This document shows, piece by piece, positions 8,950 to 17,725 of a DNA stretch of 18,280 nucleotides (positions are counted from its first letter, which is position 1; every line of letters begins with the position of its first letter). The position numbers were made by a program, and so were the translations under genes. The notes beneath the pieces are model-generated. The model was not told where the DNA came from. It saw only the letters and a program-made list of their open reading frames with translations, and made no database searches. This DNA comes from a bacterium (lineage in GTDB: Bacteria; Methylomirabilota; Methylomirabilia; CAVQYV01), in NCBI GenBank assembly GCA_043800755.1, contig JAZDMQ010000144.1, positions 1 to 18,280 of the forward strand, in the 5' to 3' direction.

Positions 8950-9687
8950 TCAATTCCCCTCTCTTTCAATCTCCTCCAGTAAAGCCCTATCTTCTTCGTT
9001 CAAAGGGGCGGTTCTCAGCAGGTCTGGCCTCCGCGTCCGAGTGCGACGGAGGGCCTCCTTCCTTCGCCACCTTCGGATCTGCTCGTGATGCCCCGAAATC
9101 AAAACCGGCGGGACGGCCCTCCCCTCAAAGACAGCGGGGCGTGTGTAATGGGGGTGATCCAGGATTCCTTCATAGAAAGAGTCCCCCCGGGCCGACTCCT
9201 CATCCCCCAGAACTCCAGGAATGAGGCGCACCAGCGCCTCTATCACCAGGAGGGCAGGGAGTTCGCCCCCCGAAAGGACATAATCGCCGATGGACAATTC
9301 ATCGGTGACCAGCGCCTCCCTGACCCGCTCATCCACTCCCTTGTAGCGGCCACAGATGAAGATCAGGTGATCTTCTAAGGCCAGTGCCTTGGCCAGCTCC
9401 TGGTCGAACCGGCGGCCCTGCGGGGACATCAGGATCACCCGCGCCCGAGGCCCAGACTGCAGGCATTGCTGCACGGCAGCAAAGATGGGCTCCACCTTCA
9501 AGACCATGCCCGGCCCCCCGCCGAAGGGGAGGTCATCTACGACCCGATGCTTATCCTGGGCAAACTCCCGAAAGTTGACCACCTCGATCTGCAGCAGGCC
9601 TTTTTCCTGGGCTCTTCCCACGATGCTCCCCCGCAGCGGGGCGAGCACGATCTCCGGAAAGAGGCTCAGGATATCATACCTCTTCAA
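8950..9687 (-). CDS. trmD: tRNA (guanine37-N1)-methyltransferase
   Basis: VDD.PFGGGPGMV, MSPQG, CGRYKGVDER, SIGDYVLSGGE, YTRP, VP.VL.SG.H. Confidence 0.97.
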   Translation of the reverse strand: MKRYDILSLFPEIVLAPLRGSIVGRAQEKGLLQIEVVNFREFAQDKHRVVDDLPFGGGPGMVLKVEPIFAAVQQCLQSGPRARVILMSPQGRRFDQELAKALALEDHLIFICGRYKGVDERVREALVTDELSIGDYVLSGGELPALLVIEALVRLIPGVLGDEESARGDSFYEGILDHPHYTRPAVFEGRAVPPVLISGHHEQIRRWRRKEALRRTRTRRPDLLRTAPLNEEDRALLEEIEREGN

Positions 9688-10192
9688 GGTCGATCAGCCC
9701 CTTGGGGGGATTCACCTGCAGGGTACCCCTTTCCAGATCGACCTGCTGGATGACCTCCTTGGTGGCCGGCAGCAACCAGCTCTTTCCTCCCTCCTCCACC
9801 ACATAGATATCGTTCGCCGGTGTGGTCCATATCTCGGTGACCCTCCCCCTTGGCTCCTGCCCAGAGATGACCTCCAGGCCGATAATATCGTAGTGGTAAT
9901 AGGTGTCCGGGGACAGGGAGGGGGCCGTAGCCCGAGGGATCCCTACTTTCAAGCCCCGAAGTGTCTCGACCTCCGAAATATCCGAGCACTCTTTGAACTT
10001 CAGGATGACCAACGATTTGTGAAACCGAAACCCTTCCAGGGCTCGAAACTGGACCTTTCCTTCCCTCTCCAGAAATAGCCCATCCCTGCCAGCAAGGATC
10101 GGTCGCAGGTCCGCATAGGGAAAGAGCTTCGCCTCTCCTTTGCGGCCCCAGGGCCCCACAATCTCTCCCAGCAAGAGCAGTCCCGGTCTCAC
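9674..10192 (-). CDS. rimM: Ribosome maturation factor RimM
   Basis: G.I..PWG.KGE, YY.YDIIGL.V, ANDIYVV, LLPA; GTG start; conserved synteny. Confidence 0.93.
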   Translation of the reverse strand: MRPGLLLLGEIVGPWGRKGEAKLFPYADLRPILAGRDGLFLEREGKVQFRALEGFRFHKSLVILKFKECSDISEVETLRGLKVGIPRATAPSLSPDTYYHYDIIGLEVISGQEPRGRVTEIWTTPANDIYVVEEGGKSWLLPATKEVIQQVDLERGTLQVNPPKGLIDLEEV

Positions 10193-10199
10193 CAGCCCC

Positions 10200-10430
10200 C
10201 TACTCCAGGATCTCTAAGGTCGCCCCTTTTTCCAAGCGGGCGGTGGTGGCCGAAAGCAGGACCCGTATCGCTTTCGCTGTCCTCCCTTGCCTTCCGATGA
10301 CCCTTCCCAAGTCGCTCTGGGCCACCCTCAGCTGGATCAGGCTGCCTTCCTCTCCCTCGACCTCCGCGACCGAGACCTCCTCGGGATGGTCCACCAAGGA
10401 CTTGGCCAAAAACTCCACCAGGCCCTTCAA
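10200..10430 (-). CDS. khpA: KH-domain RNA-binding protein KhpA (YlqC)
   Basis: LVDHPE.V.V, D.GRVIGRQGRTAKAIR. TTG start at 10430 behind GGGGG gives the typical ~76 aa. Confidence 0.92.
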   Translation of the reverse strand: MKGLVEFLAKSLVDHPEEVSVAEVEGEEGSLIQLRVAQSDLGRVIGRQGRTAKAIRVLLSATTARLEKGATLEILE

Positions 10431-10458
10431 GGATGAGCCCCCCAAAGGGGAAGGCCCT

Positions 10459-10758
10459 TCAAGCTCCAAGGGACTCGCCTTCTTTCTCTATTTTTTCTTT
10501 CGCTTTCAATCCTCGATCCATCATTCCAGCACTCATCAGAAGCCTTTTCACGGTCTGCGTCGGCTGGGCTCCGGTCCTCAGCCAATAGGAGACCCTCTCT
10601 CCTTTCAAAACCACCTTGGACGGATTTTGCAGGGGATCATAGGTGCCGATCTCCTCAATAAATCTCCCGTCGCGGGGCATGCGCGAATCTGCAACCACCA
10701 ATCGATAAAAGGGCTTCTTCTTGGCCCCCATCCGCTTCAACCTGATCTTCACTGCCAT
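10459..10758 (-). CDS. rpsP: 30S ribosomal protein S16
   Basis: MAVKIRL.R.G.KK.PFYR.VVADSR..RDG.FIE..G.YDP, W...GAQPT.TV; start at 10758. Confidence 0.98.
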   Translation of the reverse strand: MAVKIRLKRMGAKKKPFYRLVVADSRMPRDGRFIEEIGTYDPLQNPSKVVLKGERVSYWLRTGAQPTQTVKRLLMSAGMMDRGLKAKEKIEKEGESLGA

Positions 10759-10843
10759 TGATAAACCCCCTTCTAAGATGTTACAAGGATTATCCACTCT
10801 TGTCCGATGATACACTCAATGAGCAATCCCCGACAAGCTCAAT

Positions 10844-12169
10844 TTAAAAGGGCAGGGGAAGGCGAAAACCGCCCACTCGCTTACCCCCTCTGGTCCACTG
10901 CCGGATCGCCTTTTGCATTTGGGCAAAGCCCTTCAGGAGCTTATTCACCTCCATCACCGTGGTGCCCGAGCCCTGGGCGATCCTTCGTCTGCGATTCCCA
11001 TCAATGATCTCAACGCGGCGACGCTCCTCCGGCGTCATCGAATTGATAATGGCCTCTATCTGCTTGATCTCGGAATTGTCGGGTTCGAGGGCCTCACCGG
11101 CTACGCGGGAGAGACCAGGCATCATCTTGGCCAGTTGATCGAGGGGCCCCATGGACTTCAAAGATTGAAGCTGCTCTTTGAAGTCCTCCAGTGTGAAAGA
11201 GTCCGTTTGCATCTTCTTCTGCAATTCCTCGGACTTCTTGCGGTCAAAGACCTCCTCCGCCTTCTCCACCAGGGTAAGGACATCCCCCATCCCCAGGATG
11301 CGGGAGGCCATGCGGTCTGGATAAAAAACCTCCAATGCCTCCGGCTTCTCTCCGGTACCTATGAATTTTATGGGCTTCCCCGTGATCGCCCGGATGGAGA
11401 GGGCCGCCCCTCCCTTCGCATCCCCGTCCAATTTGGTGAGAATGACCCCAGAGAGATCCAGCTCGGCGTCAAAAGAGGAAGCGGACCTCACCGCGTCCTG
11501 GCCGGTCATGGCATCTGCCACCATCAGGATCTCGGTGGGAGACAGGATCGCCTTGATCTGTCTCAACTCTTCCATCATCTCTGCGTCGATGTGGAGGCGG
11601 CCCGCGGTGTCCAATATGATCGCATCTAAGCCTTCGGAACGGGCAAAGGACAGGGCCCCCTGGGCGATTTTCAGAGGATTGCCGTCGCCTTCAAAGACTG
11701 AAAAGCCCAACTGCCTTCCCAAGGTCTTCAACTGCTCCTTCGCTGCCGGGCGATAGGTATCGGCAGCCACCAGTAGACTTTCCTTTTTCGCTTGCCTGCG
11801 GAGATAGAACGCCAGTTTCGCGGCCGCGGTGGTCTTTCCCGAGCCCTGCAAACCGACCAGCATGAGGATGGAGGGAGGGGAGGAGAGCTGCAATCGGGTT
11901 TCCTTCTCTCCGAGCAGGCTCACCAGGCGATGAAAGACCACCTTGATCACCTGTTGCGCCGGAGATAAGCTCTCCAGGACCTCCTTTCCGATCGCCTCCT
12001 TCTTCGTCTCCTCCAGGAAGTCCTTCACCACGCGGAAGTGGACATCCGCCTCCAGCAGGGCAAGCCTCACCTCCCGCAGGGCCTCCGCGATATTTTCCTC
12101 CGTCAGTCGGCCGTGCCCGCGCAGCTTGCGAAAGATGACATCGAATTTCTGGGTCAGGGAATCAAACAT
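10844..12169 (-). CDS. ffh: Signal recognition particle protein Ffh
   Basis: [34 protein letters not shown]-domain SMT..ER and RIA.GSG. Confidence 0.98.
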   Translation of the reverse strand: MFDSLTQKFDVIFRKLRGHGRLTEENIAEALREVRLALLEADVHFRVVKDFLEETKKEAIGKEVLESLSPAQQVIKVVFHRLVSLLGEKETRLQLSSPPSILMLVGLQGSGKTTAAAKLAFYLRRQAKKESLLVAADTYRPAAKEQLKTLGRQLGFSVFEGDGNPLKIAQGALSFARSEGLDAIILDTAGRLHIDAEMMEELRQIKAILSPTEILMVADAMTGQDAVRSASSFDAELDLSGVILTKLDGDAKGGAALSIRAITGKPIKFIGTGEKPEALEVFYPDRMASRILGMGDVLTLVEKAEEVFDRKKSEELQKKMQTDSFTLEDFKEQLQSLKSMGPLDQLAKMMPGLSRVAGEALEPDNSEIKQIEAIINSMTPEERRRVEIIDGNRRRRIAQGSGTTVMEVNKLLKGFAQMQKAIRQWTRGGKRVGGFRLPLPF

Positions 12170-12188
12170 AGCGCGACGAAACTATTTA

Positions 12189-12216
12189 TTTATAATGAAT
12201 TGGGCAGAAAAGTCAA
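12189..12216 (-). promoter_or_regulatory. Candidate sigma70 promoter for ffh
   Basis: Minus strand TTGACT-16 nt-TATAAA in an AT-rich patch, about 20 nt upstream of the ATG; no obvious SD. Confidence 0.5.
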
Positions 12217-12440
12217 GCCCAAAATCCCTTCCTCCCCCGAGATCTTCCCGCATCATTCCCTGTGTCCTATCGTCCTACCACTCTAGTCCCCTCTTCCGCC
12301 GCTCGATGGCCCCGTCGCACTCCGGACTAGTCATGCGGGGAAGCCCGGGGAGGTATGAGCCCCTGGTTTCAGGTGACCGAACGAAAAGAGGTCTACACCT
12401 GACACTCCTACCGATCTTGACCGGGAGGACGATTGCAGGT

Positions 12441-14318
12441 TTGGTAGAGGATATCCCAGCGGTTACTTATACCTCGACATTGGATGAGATCCATAGCACC
12501 CTCTACATCAGCCCCCAGGTTGAAGGACTCCTCGGCTTCACCCCAGAGGAATGGATGGACGATCCTCAACGGTGGATCACGCTGCTTCATCCCGAGGATC
12601 AGGAACGATTTTGGGCTGAGATGAAACGGGGTGTCTTTACGGGTTCTCCCTTTCAACTGGAATACCGCCTCCTCTCCCGCGAGGGAAGGGCCGTCTGGAT
12701 CCATGATGACGCCACGATCGTCCGCGATGTCGCTGGCCAGGCCCGTTACCTACAAGGGGTATTCTACGACATCACCGAGCGCAGGCGGGCAGAGGAGGCG
12801 CTGCGCCAGAGCGAGGCACGGTATCGTGCGGTGGTGGAGCAATCTGCTGACGGCGTCTTTCTCGCTGACGGGGAGTCCCGCCGCATCTTAGAATGCAACA
12901 CCGCCCTCCAAAATATGCTGGGCTATTCCGCGGATGAAATCCTGAAGCTCACCACCTACGACTTCATCGCTGCCGATCGGGAAGATATCGACCGTCGCTT
13001 CCAGAAGGCGCTGGAGGAAAAGAGGCCCCAGACCTTCGAACGCCAGTACCGCCGCAAGGATGGATCGATCATTGATGTCTGGGGTAGCGCCCACTTCATC
13101 CCCTATGGCGGAAGGGATGTGATGTGCACACTAGTTCGCGACCTCACCGAGCGCAAGAAGACCGAACAGGAGCTCCTCAAGGCCAGCAAGCTCGAATCGG
13201 TCGGCACCCTGGCAGGAGGCATCGCCCATGACTTCAACAATATATTGACTTCCATCCTCAGCAACATCTCCCTGGCCAAGAGCCAGATCAGTCCCCAGGA
13301 TAAGATCTTTAAACGGCTGAGTGAGGCAGAGCGGGCGTCCCTGCGGGCCAAGGGCCTCACCCAGTAATTGCTCACCTTTTCCAAGGGCGGGGACCCAGTG
13401 AGGGAGACCACCTCGCTTCCCCACCTCCTCAAAGAATCCGCCCACTTTGCCCTCTCGGGCTCTAAGGTGGAATGTGAGTTTTCGCAGCCGGAAGACCTCT
13501 GGTCGGCGGATATCGATGAGGAGCAGATCAGCCAGGCCATCCAGAATCTGATCCTCAATGCCGATCAGGCCATGCCCCAAGGCGGAAGGATCGGGGTCAC
13601 TGCGGAGAATGCCCAGCTGACGGACTGGGATCAGAGCATTGTCCCCCTCTCCGAAGGACGATATGTGAAGGTATCCGTCCGGGACCAGGGAATCGGCATC
13701 CCGCGAGAACATCTCTCCAAGGTCTTTGATCCTTTTTTCACCACCAAACAAAGGAGATCGGGACTGGGACTGTCCACCGCTTATTCGATCATCAAGAACC
13801 ACGGCGGATACCTGAGCGTGGAGTCGGACCTGGGCAAGGGGACGACCTTTACCTTCTATCTCCCCGCCTCCTCCCAAGAGGCACCGGTGGAAAACACCAA
13901 GGAGGAGATCCCGATAACGGGCAAGGGAAGGGTACTGATTATGGATGATGAGGAGGGGATTCGGCTATCGGCAGCCGATGTGTTAGCCTACTTGGGGTAT
14001 GAGGCGGCCTTGGCCAAAGACGGCTCGGAGGCGATTCAGCTCTACCAGGAGGCCGAGGAGTCTGGCCACCCCTTCGCGGCGGTGATCATGGACCTGACCA
14101 TTCCCGGAGGCGTGGGGGGACAGGAGGCGATCCAGCGACTGCTGGAGTTAGATCCTGGGGTCAAGGCCATCGTCTCCTCCGGGTACTCCCAGAATCCCAT
14201 CCTGTCCAACTTTCGAAAATATGGATTCTCCGGGGTTCTCACCAAACCCTATAAGATCCAGGAGATGGGCCAGATCCTGCAGGAGGTCCTGGGGAAGGAA
14301 GGTGAAATAGGCCATTAG
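12441..14318 (+). pseudogene. Hybrid sensor histidine kinase/response regulator (PAS-PAS-HisKA-HATPase_c-REC) with an internal in-frame stop at 13365-13367
   Basis: PAS/PAC motifs (LHPED, EYRL...G...W; R.YRRKDG), H-box [15 protein letters not shown], ...AKGLTQ*LLTFSKGG, N/G1/F/G2 boxes, REC MDDE...MDLT...TKPY. Both ORFs are in one frame and abut. Start uncertain: TTG 12441 behind GGAGG, with an upstream ATG possible. Confidence 0.8.
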
Positions 14319-14328
14319 GTGAGCTTCC

Positions 14329-14667
14329 TCAAGCGATGAGCCAGTTGATGAGTCCGCTCAGGAAGCTGATGATGAGGGCACCCAGGACCGCAGGCCAGAA
14401 CCCGTGGATGGTCAACTCGGGGGTCACCTTGGAGACCAGAAAGAGAAGAAAGCCATTGATGATCAGGGTGAACAGTCCCAGGGTGAGGAGGTTGAAGGGA
14501 AGGGTAAGGAGCAAGAGCAGAGGACGGATCAAGGCGTTAAATATTCCCAGGATGGCGGCGGCAATGATGGCCCCCTTGATGCCGCTGACCTCCAGGCCTT
14601 TGATGAAATGGGCGGTAATGAAGATGGCCACCGCATTGGCGGCCCAACGAAGCAGGATGCCTTTCAC
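14329..14667 (-). CDS. YvlD/DUF360 (phage holin family 4-like) membrane protein
   Basis: Four hydrophobic segments; NA.IRP.L..LTLP...LTLGLF...IN; GFW.A..GAL; GTG start. Confidence 0.88.
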   Translation of the reverse strand: MKGILLRWAANAVAIFITAHFIKGLEVSGIKGAIIAAAILGIFNALIRPLLLLLTLPFNLLTLGLFTLIINGFLLFLVSKVTPELTIHGFWPAVLGALIISFLSGLINWLIA

Positions 14668-14768
14668 CCGAGTTCCCCCGATCTCCCTCCCCGCCCTCCA
14701 AGGCCAGCCCCGCCGCTTCGAGAGAAGCCGGCGGAGCTGAACGACTTGGGGGATTGTCCTTTATCCCT

Positions 14769-15440
14769 TTAGTGCTTCCCCGGCACTGCCACCTCTCCCT
14801 TATTGGACCATAGAATATACATCTCCACGGCCTTCATCTTGGAGTCCTCATCGGAGAGCTTCTGGCCCTCGAGGGGATTCTCTATACACCAATTGATCAT
14901 ATCTCGCAGCAGGGCCACCTTTTTCAACTGGGTCTGGAACTTGGGATAGGTGTACGGGTGGGTATCCTTGCCATCGGGATGGCACATGTCACAGGAGATC
15001 CCATTGGTCCCCAGAGAGGAATCGTGGAAGATCCTGTAGCCTTCTTTCACCGCACCATCCAACTCCGTGTCCCAAGTTCTCATCTCCCTGCGGGTATGGG
15101 GTTCCCCCTTGTGAGCCAGGACGATAGGAGCCTCCGGGGATTTGGCCTGTTTCATTTTCGCCCACTCCTCCATCATGCGGGCGGCCACCTGTTGTGCGGC
15201 CTCCCGGGACATCCTGCCAGTCCTTTCGGAGTCTGCCACCTGCACGGCCACCTTAGTCTCCCCATCACACAGTTTGAAGACCCGTCCTTCGGAGGCGACG
15301 CCCCTCATCTCTTCCCCACAGGGCACCGAACCCAAGGATTTCACCTCAGGGGAAGGATTCCCAAAGGCGGCAAAGGAAAAGGCAATGAGCCCCACGGCCA
15401 GCATGGCCAGCAAAGTGAATGGAGCAGATTTCTTTCGCAT
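14769..15440 (-). CDS. Exported monoheme cytochrome c with a TsdA/SoxA-like C-terminal domain (putative His/Cys heme)
   Basis: AGGAGGT RBS and ATG 15440; Sec-type signal peptide; CDMCH at 14979-14993; HPxTYPKF and LRDMINWCI motifs. Confidence 0.8.
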   Translation of the reverse strand: MRKKSAPFTLLAMLAVGLIAFSFAAFGNPSPEVKSLGSVPCGEEMRGVASEGRVFKLCDGETKVAVQVADSERTGRMSREAAQQVAARMMEEWAKMKQAKSPEAPIVLAHKGEPHTRREMRTWDTELDGAVKEGYRIFHDSSLGTNGISCDMCHPDGKDTHPYTYPKFQTQLKKVALLRDMINWCIENPLEGQKLSDEDSKMKAVEMYILWSNKGEVAVPGKH

Positions 15441-15466
15441 CTTCGACCTCCTTCTTCCTCCCGGGA

Positions 15467-16525
15467 TTAATAGTGAGGTCCCACCTCGTAAGGATCGGGA
15501 AGGGTAGCCTCGTTGACCGTGGAGAGCCATTCATAGCTTACCTTCGTTGGCTTGCGCCCCCACAGGTTATAGTTCTTGTTGACCCCGCCGTTGGCCAGGA
15601 CCTCCACCGTTCCCCACCCGCAACCGTCGAATTGATCGAAGGGATCCGCCCGATCCTGCTGGGCCGTAAAACGCGGGAGTCCCTTATGGGCATATGGCCA
15701 AGGCCAGGCAGTGGAGAGGACCCCATGGAATCGAATAGTCCCGATGCGGTTGGTGAGCACCTGATGCGTGTGGGCATGGACCACCGTGACCCACTGGAAG
15801 GGGGCCAGGATTGCCTGCACCTGTTCCGCATCATCGGTCCAGAAGTTCCAGTTCTTGTAATACTTATACAGGGGAGAGTGGGAGAAGACGATGATCGGCC
15901 TCTCCAGGGGGACGGCAGACAGGTCCTTTTTCAGCCACTCCCTCTGCGCCTCTCCCACCGTGAAGGGCCGGCCATTGGGGTTGTCCAATTGGGCCATGGC
16001 CTTCATCCGCTCCATGGGCGATAGCTTGGGGGCGGTCCAGTAGTCCTCTACAATCACGCTATTCAGGACCACGCAATGGATCCCCTTGTGGTCGAAGGAA
16101 TAGGTATCCGGGCCAAATAGCTCCCGCCAGTGCTCTCCCATATCCAGGTACCAATCGTGCTCTCCCACCATCATAACCCTCTTGGCCCGGACGCCGTCCA
16201 GGATCTCCTTGCCCAGGTCCAGCTCCCCCTTCTGCCCCAATTGCGCCAAGTCTCCCCCAAAGAGGACAAAATCGGGTTGCGGGTCCAGGGCATTGACATC
16301 GGCCACCGCCTTTTCAATGGACCTGACAAAGCGTTTATTCAGCTTCTTCTCATAGAGATGGGCATCTGAGATATAGGCGAAGGTGAAGGGTTGGGCCTCC
16401 GGCCCGGCCTCGGCCGATTGCGGGCCGGACCAGCCGAAGCCATCCAGCAAGCTGGCCAGCCCAGCGGCCGCAGCCCCCTGAGCGGATACCTTCAGGAATT
16501 CCCTCCGACTGAATTTCCTCTCCAT
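15467..16525 (-). CDS. Tat-exported calcineurin-like metallophosphoesterase-fold protein
   Basis: GGAGGT RBS and ATG 16525; Tat motif SRREFLK; metal motifs SDAH, GGDL, GEHD, SHSP, HAHTH. Confidence 0.88.
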   Translation of the reverse strand: MERKFSRREFLKVSAQGAAAAGLASLLDGFGWSGPQSAEAGPEAQPFTFAYISDAHLYEKKLNKRFVRSIEKAVADVNALDPQPDFVLFGGDLAQLGQKGELDLGKEILDGVRAKRVMMVGEHDWYLDMGEHWRELFGPDTYSFDHKGIHCVVLNSVIVEDYWTAPKLSPMERMKAMAQLDNPNGRPFTVGEAQREWLKKDLSAVPLERPIIVFSHSPLYKYYKNWNFWTDDAEQVQAILAPFQWVTVVHAHTHQVLTNRIGTIRFHGVLSTAWPWPYAHKGLPRFTAQQDRADPFDQFDGCGWGTVEVLANGGVNKNYNLWGRKPTKVSYEWLSTVNEATLPDPYEVGPHY

Positions 16526-16554
16526 AATGTTGCACCTCCCTTCTCTCCAGGTCC

Positions 16555-17643
16555 TCACTTAGAGGGACTGGGAGCACCGATCTTTTCCACCTCCGGGCTG
16601 GTGAGAGATTTCATAAAATCCACCAGGTCCTTCTTCTCCTGTTCCGTCAGGTTCAGGGGTCGAATGCCCCCATCCAGGTGCCGGTTGGGCACCCCTCCCT
16701 TATTATACAGCTCCACCACCGATTCCAGGGTGGCCTCGCTGCCATCGTGCATGTAGGGGGCGGTGAGGGCCACACTGCGAAGGCTGGGGGTCTTGAAGGC
16801 CCCTACATCCTTGTCCTCCTTGGTCGCCAGGAATCGGCCCAGGTCTGGACTCGGTTTGTCCATCCCCACTCCCACATTGTGGAACTTATTGTCGGTGAAC
16901 AGGGCGTAGGAAGAAAGGATTTCGTGGCAGGTAACGCACCTCCCTTTCTCCCGAAAGACCTCCAGCCCTCGTTTGGCTGCGGGGGAGATGGCGTTCTCCT
17001 CTTTTCCATACAGGTACCGATCGAAGGGGGAATCCCCTGCCAGCAGGGTTCGCTCATAGGCCGCGATCGCCTTCACGATATTATCCGCCGTCATCTTCCC
17101 CTCGAAAACCTCTCCAAAGGCCTTCTGGTACTCCGGGATCTTCTTCAATTTCTCCACCAGGGTATCCAGTGAGGGCATGCCCATCTCCACGGGATTGACG
17201 ATGGGGCCTTTGGCCTGCTCCTCCAGTGAAGGCGCCCTCCCATCCCAGAATTGCAGATCATAGAGGGCGGCATTCAAGCTCGTGGGGGAATTTCGATTCC
17301 CCAGCTTCCCCTGGATCCCGATGCCCACTTTTTCACTATCAGCGAAGCCCTTCTTCGGGTCATGGCAGGTGGCACAGCTCACGGTGTCATCCATCGAGAG
17401 CCGCTTGTCAAAATAGAGTTGTCTCCCCAGCTCGATCTTGGCCGCGGTCATCGGGTTCTCCTGGGGCACCTCCGGATCGACGAGCCCCAAAGGAACCTTG
17501 ACGGGGTAGTCCGAGGCAGTGGAAACTGAGGGCGAACTGGGGCGAAAGATCGCCGTCGAAAAGATGACCAGAAATCCCAAGAGAGACAATCCCAAAACGA
17601 AGAGGCCCCACCTCCCCGGATCACCCCTCATCCTTTTGCTCAT
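16555..17643 (-). CDS. Diheme cytochrome c peroxidase/MauG-family protein (MauG/MbnH/BthA-type, Tyr at the axial position)
   Basis: N-terminal TM/signal; LG..LYFD.RLS; CATCH (17362-17376); RNSPT; QFWDGRA; EEQA.GP..NP.EM; CVTCH (16924-16938); FKTPSLR.V..TAPYMHDG...TL..VV.LY. Confidence 0.9.
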   Translation of the reverse strand: MSKRMRGDPGRWGLFVLGLSLLGFLVIFSTAIFRPSSPSVSTASDYPVKVPLGLVDPEVPQENPMTAAKIELGRQLYFDKRLSMDDTVSCATCHDPKKGFADSEKVGIGIQGKLGNRNSPTSLNAALYDLQFWDGRAPSLEEQAKGPIVNPVEMGMPSLDTLVEKLKKIPEYQKAFGEVFEGKMTADNIVKAIAAYERTLLAGDSPFDRYLYGKEENAISPAAKRGLEVFREKGRCVTCHEILSSYALFTDNKFHNVGVGMDKPSPDLGRFLATKEDKDVGAFKTPSLRSVALTAPYMHDGSEATLESVVELYNKGGVPNRHLDGGIRPLNLTEQEKKDLVDFMKSLTSPEVEKIGAPSPSK

Positions 17644-17725
17644 AGGATCCCCTCCTCTCTCTTTCAGGGTAAATCGAACCCCCTCATCCCCTTCGCCAGG
17701 CGCGCACGAATCCCGACGCCTCCTC

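Noticed and set aside
8055..9224. 389-aa plus-strand ORF, and other long antisense ORFs (e.g. 7314-8006, 9389-10078, 10913-11629, 13131-13877)
   Set aside because: Shadow frames opposite well-supported genes in GC-rich DNA, with no recognisable motifs.
11943..12440. N-terminal extension of the kinase ORF
   Set aside because: Overlaps ffh antisense and its promoter; non-domain-like sequence before the first PAS.
13365..13367. Stop-codon recoding (Sec/Pyl) in the kinase
   Set aside because: The codon is TAA, not TGA or TAG; the consensus residue is Gln; TAA ends other genes in the window normally.
14329..14667. Holin-like gene as evidence of a prophage
   Set aside because: YvlD/DUF360 genes are common chromosomal genes; no phage genes are nearby.
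14769..16525. Calling these genes soxA/tsdA and soxB
   Set aside because: The metallophosphoesterase is too short for SoxB (no C-terminal nucleotidase domain), the cytochrome is monoheme without the catalytic Arg, and soxXYZ are absent from the window.
16555..17643. Assigning mauG, mbnH or ccpA as the gene symbol
   Set aside because: No mau or mbn partner genes, no Trp199 equivalent, and Tyr rather than the CcpA Met ligand.
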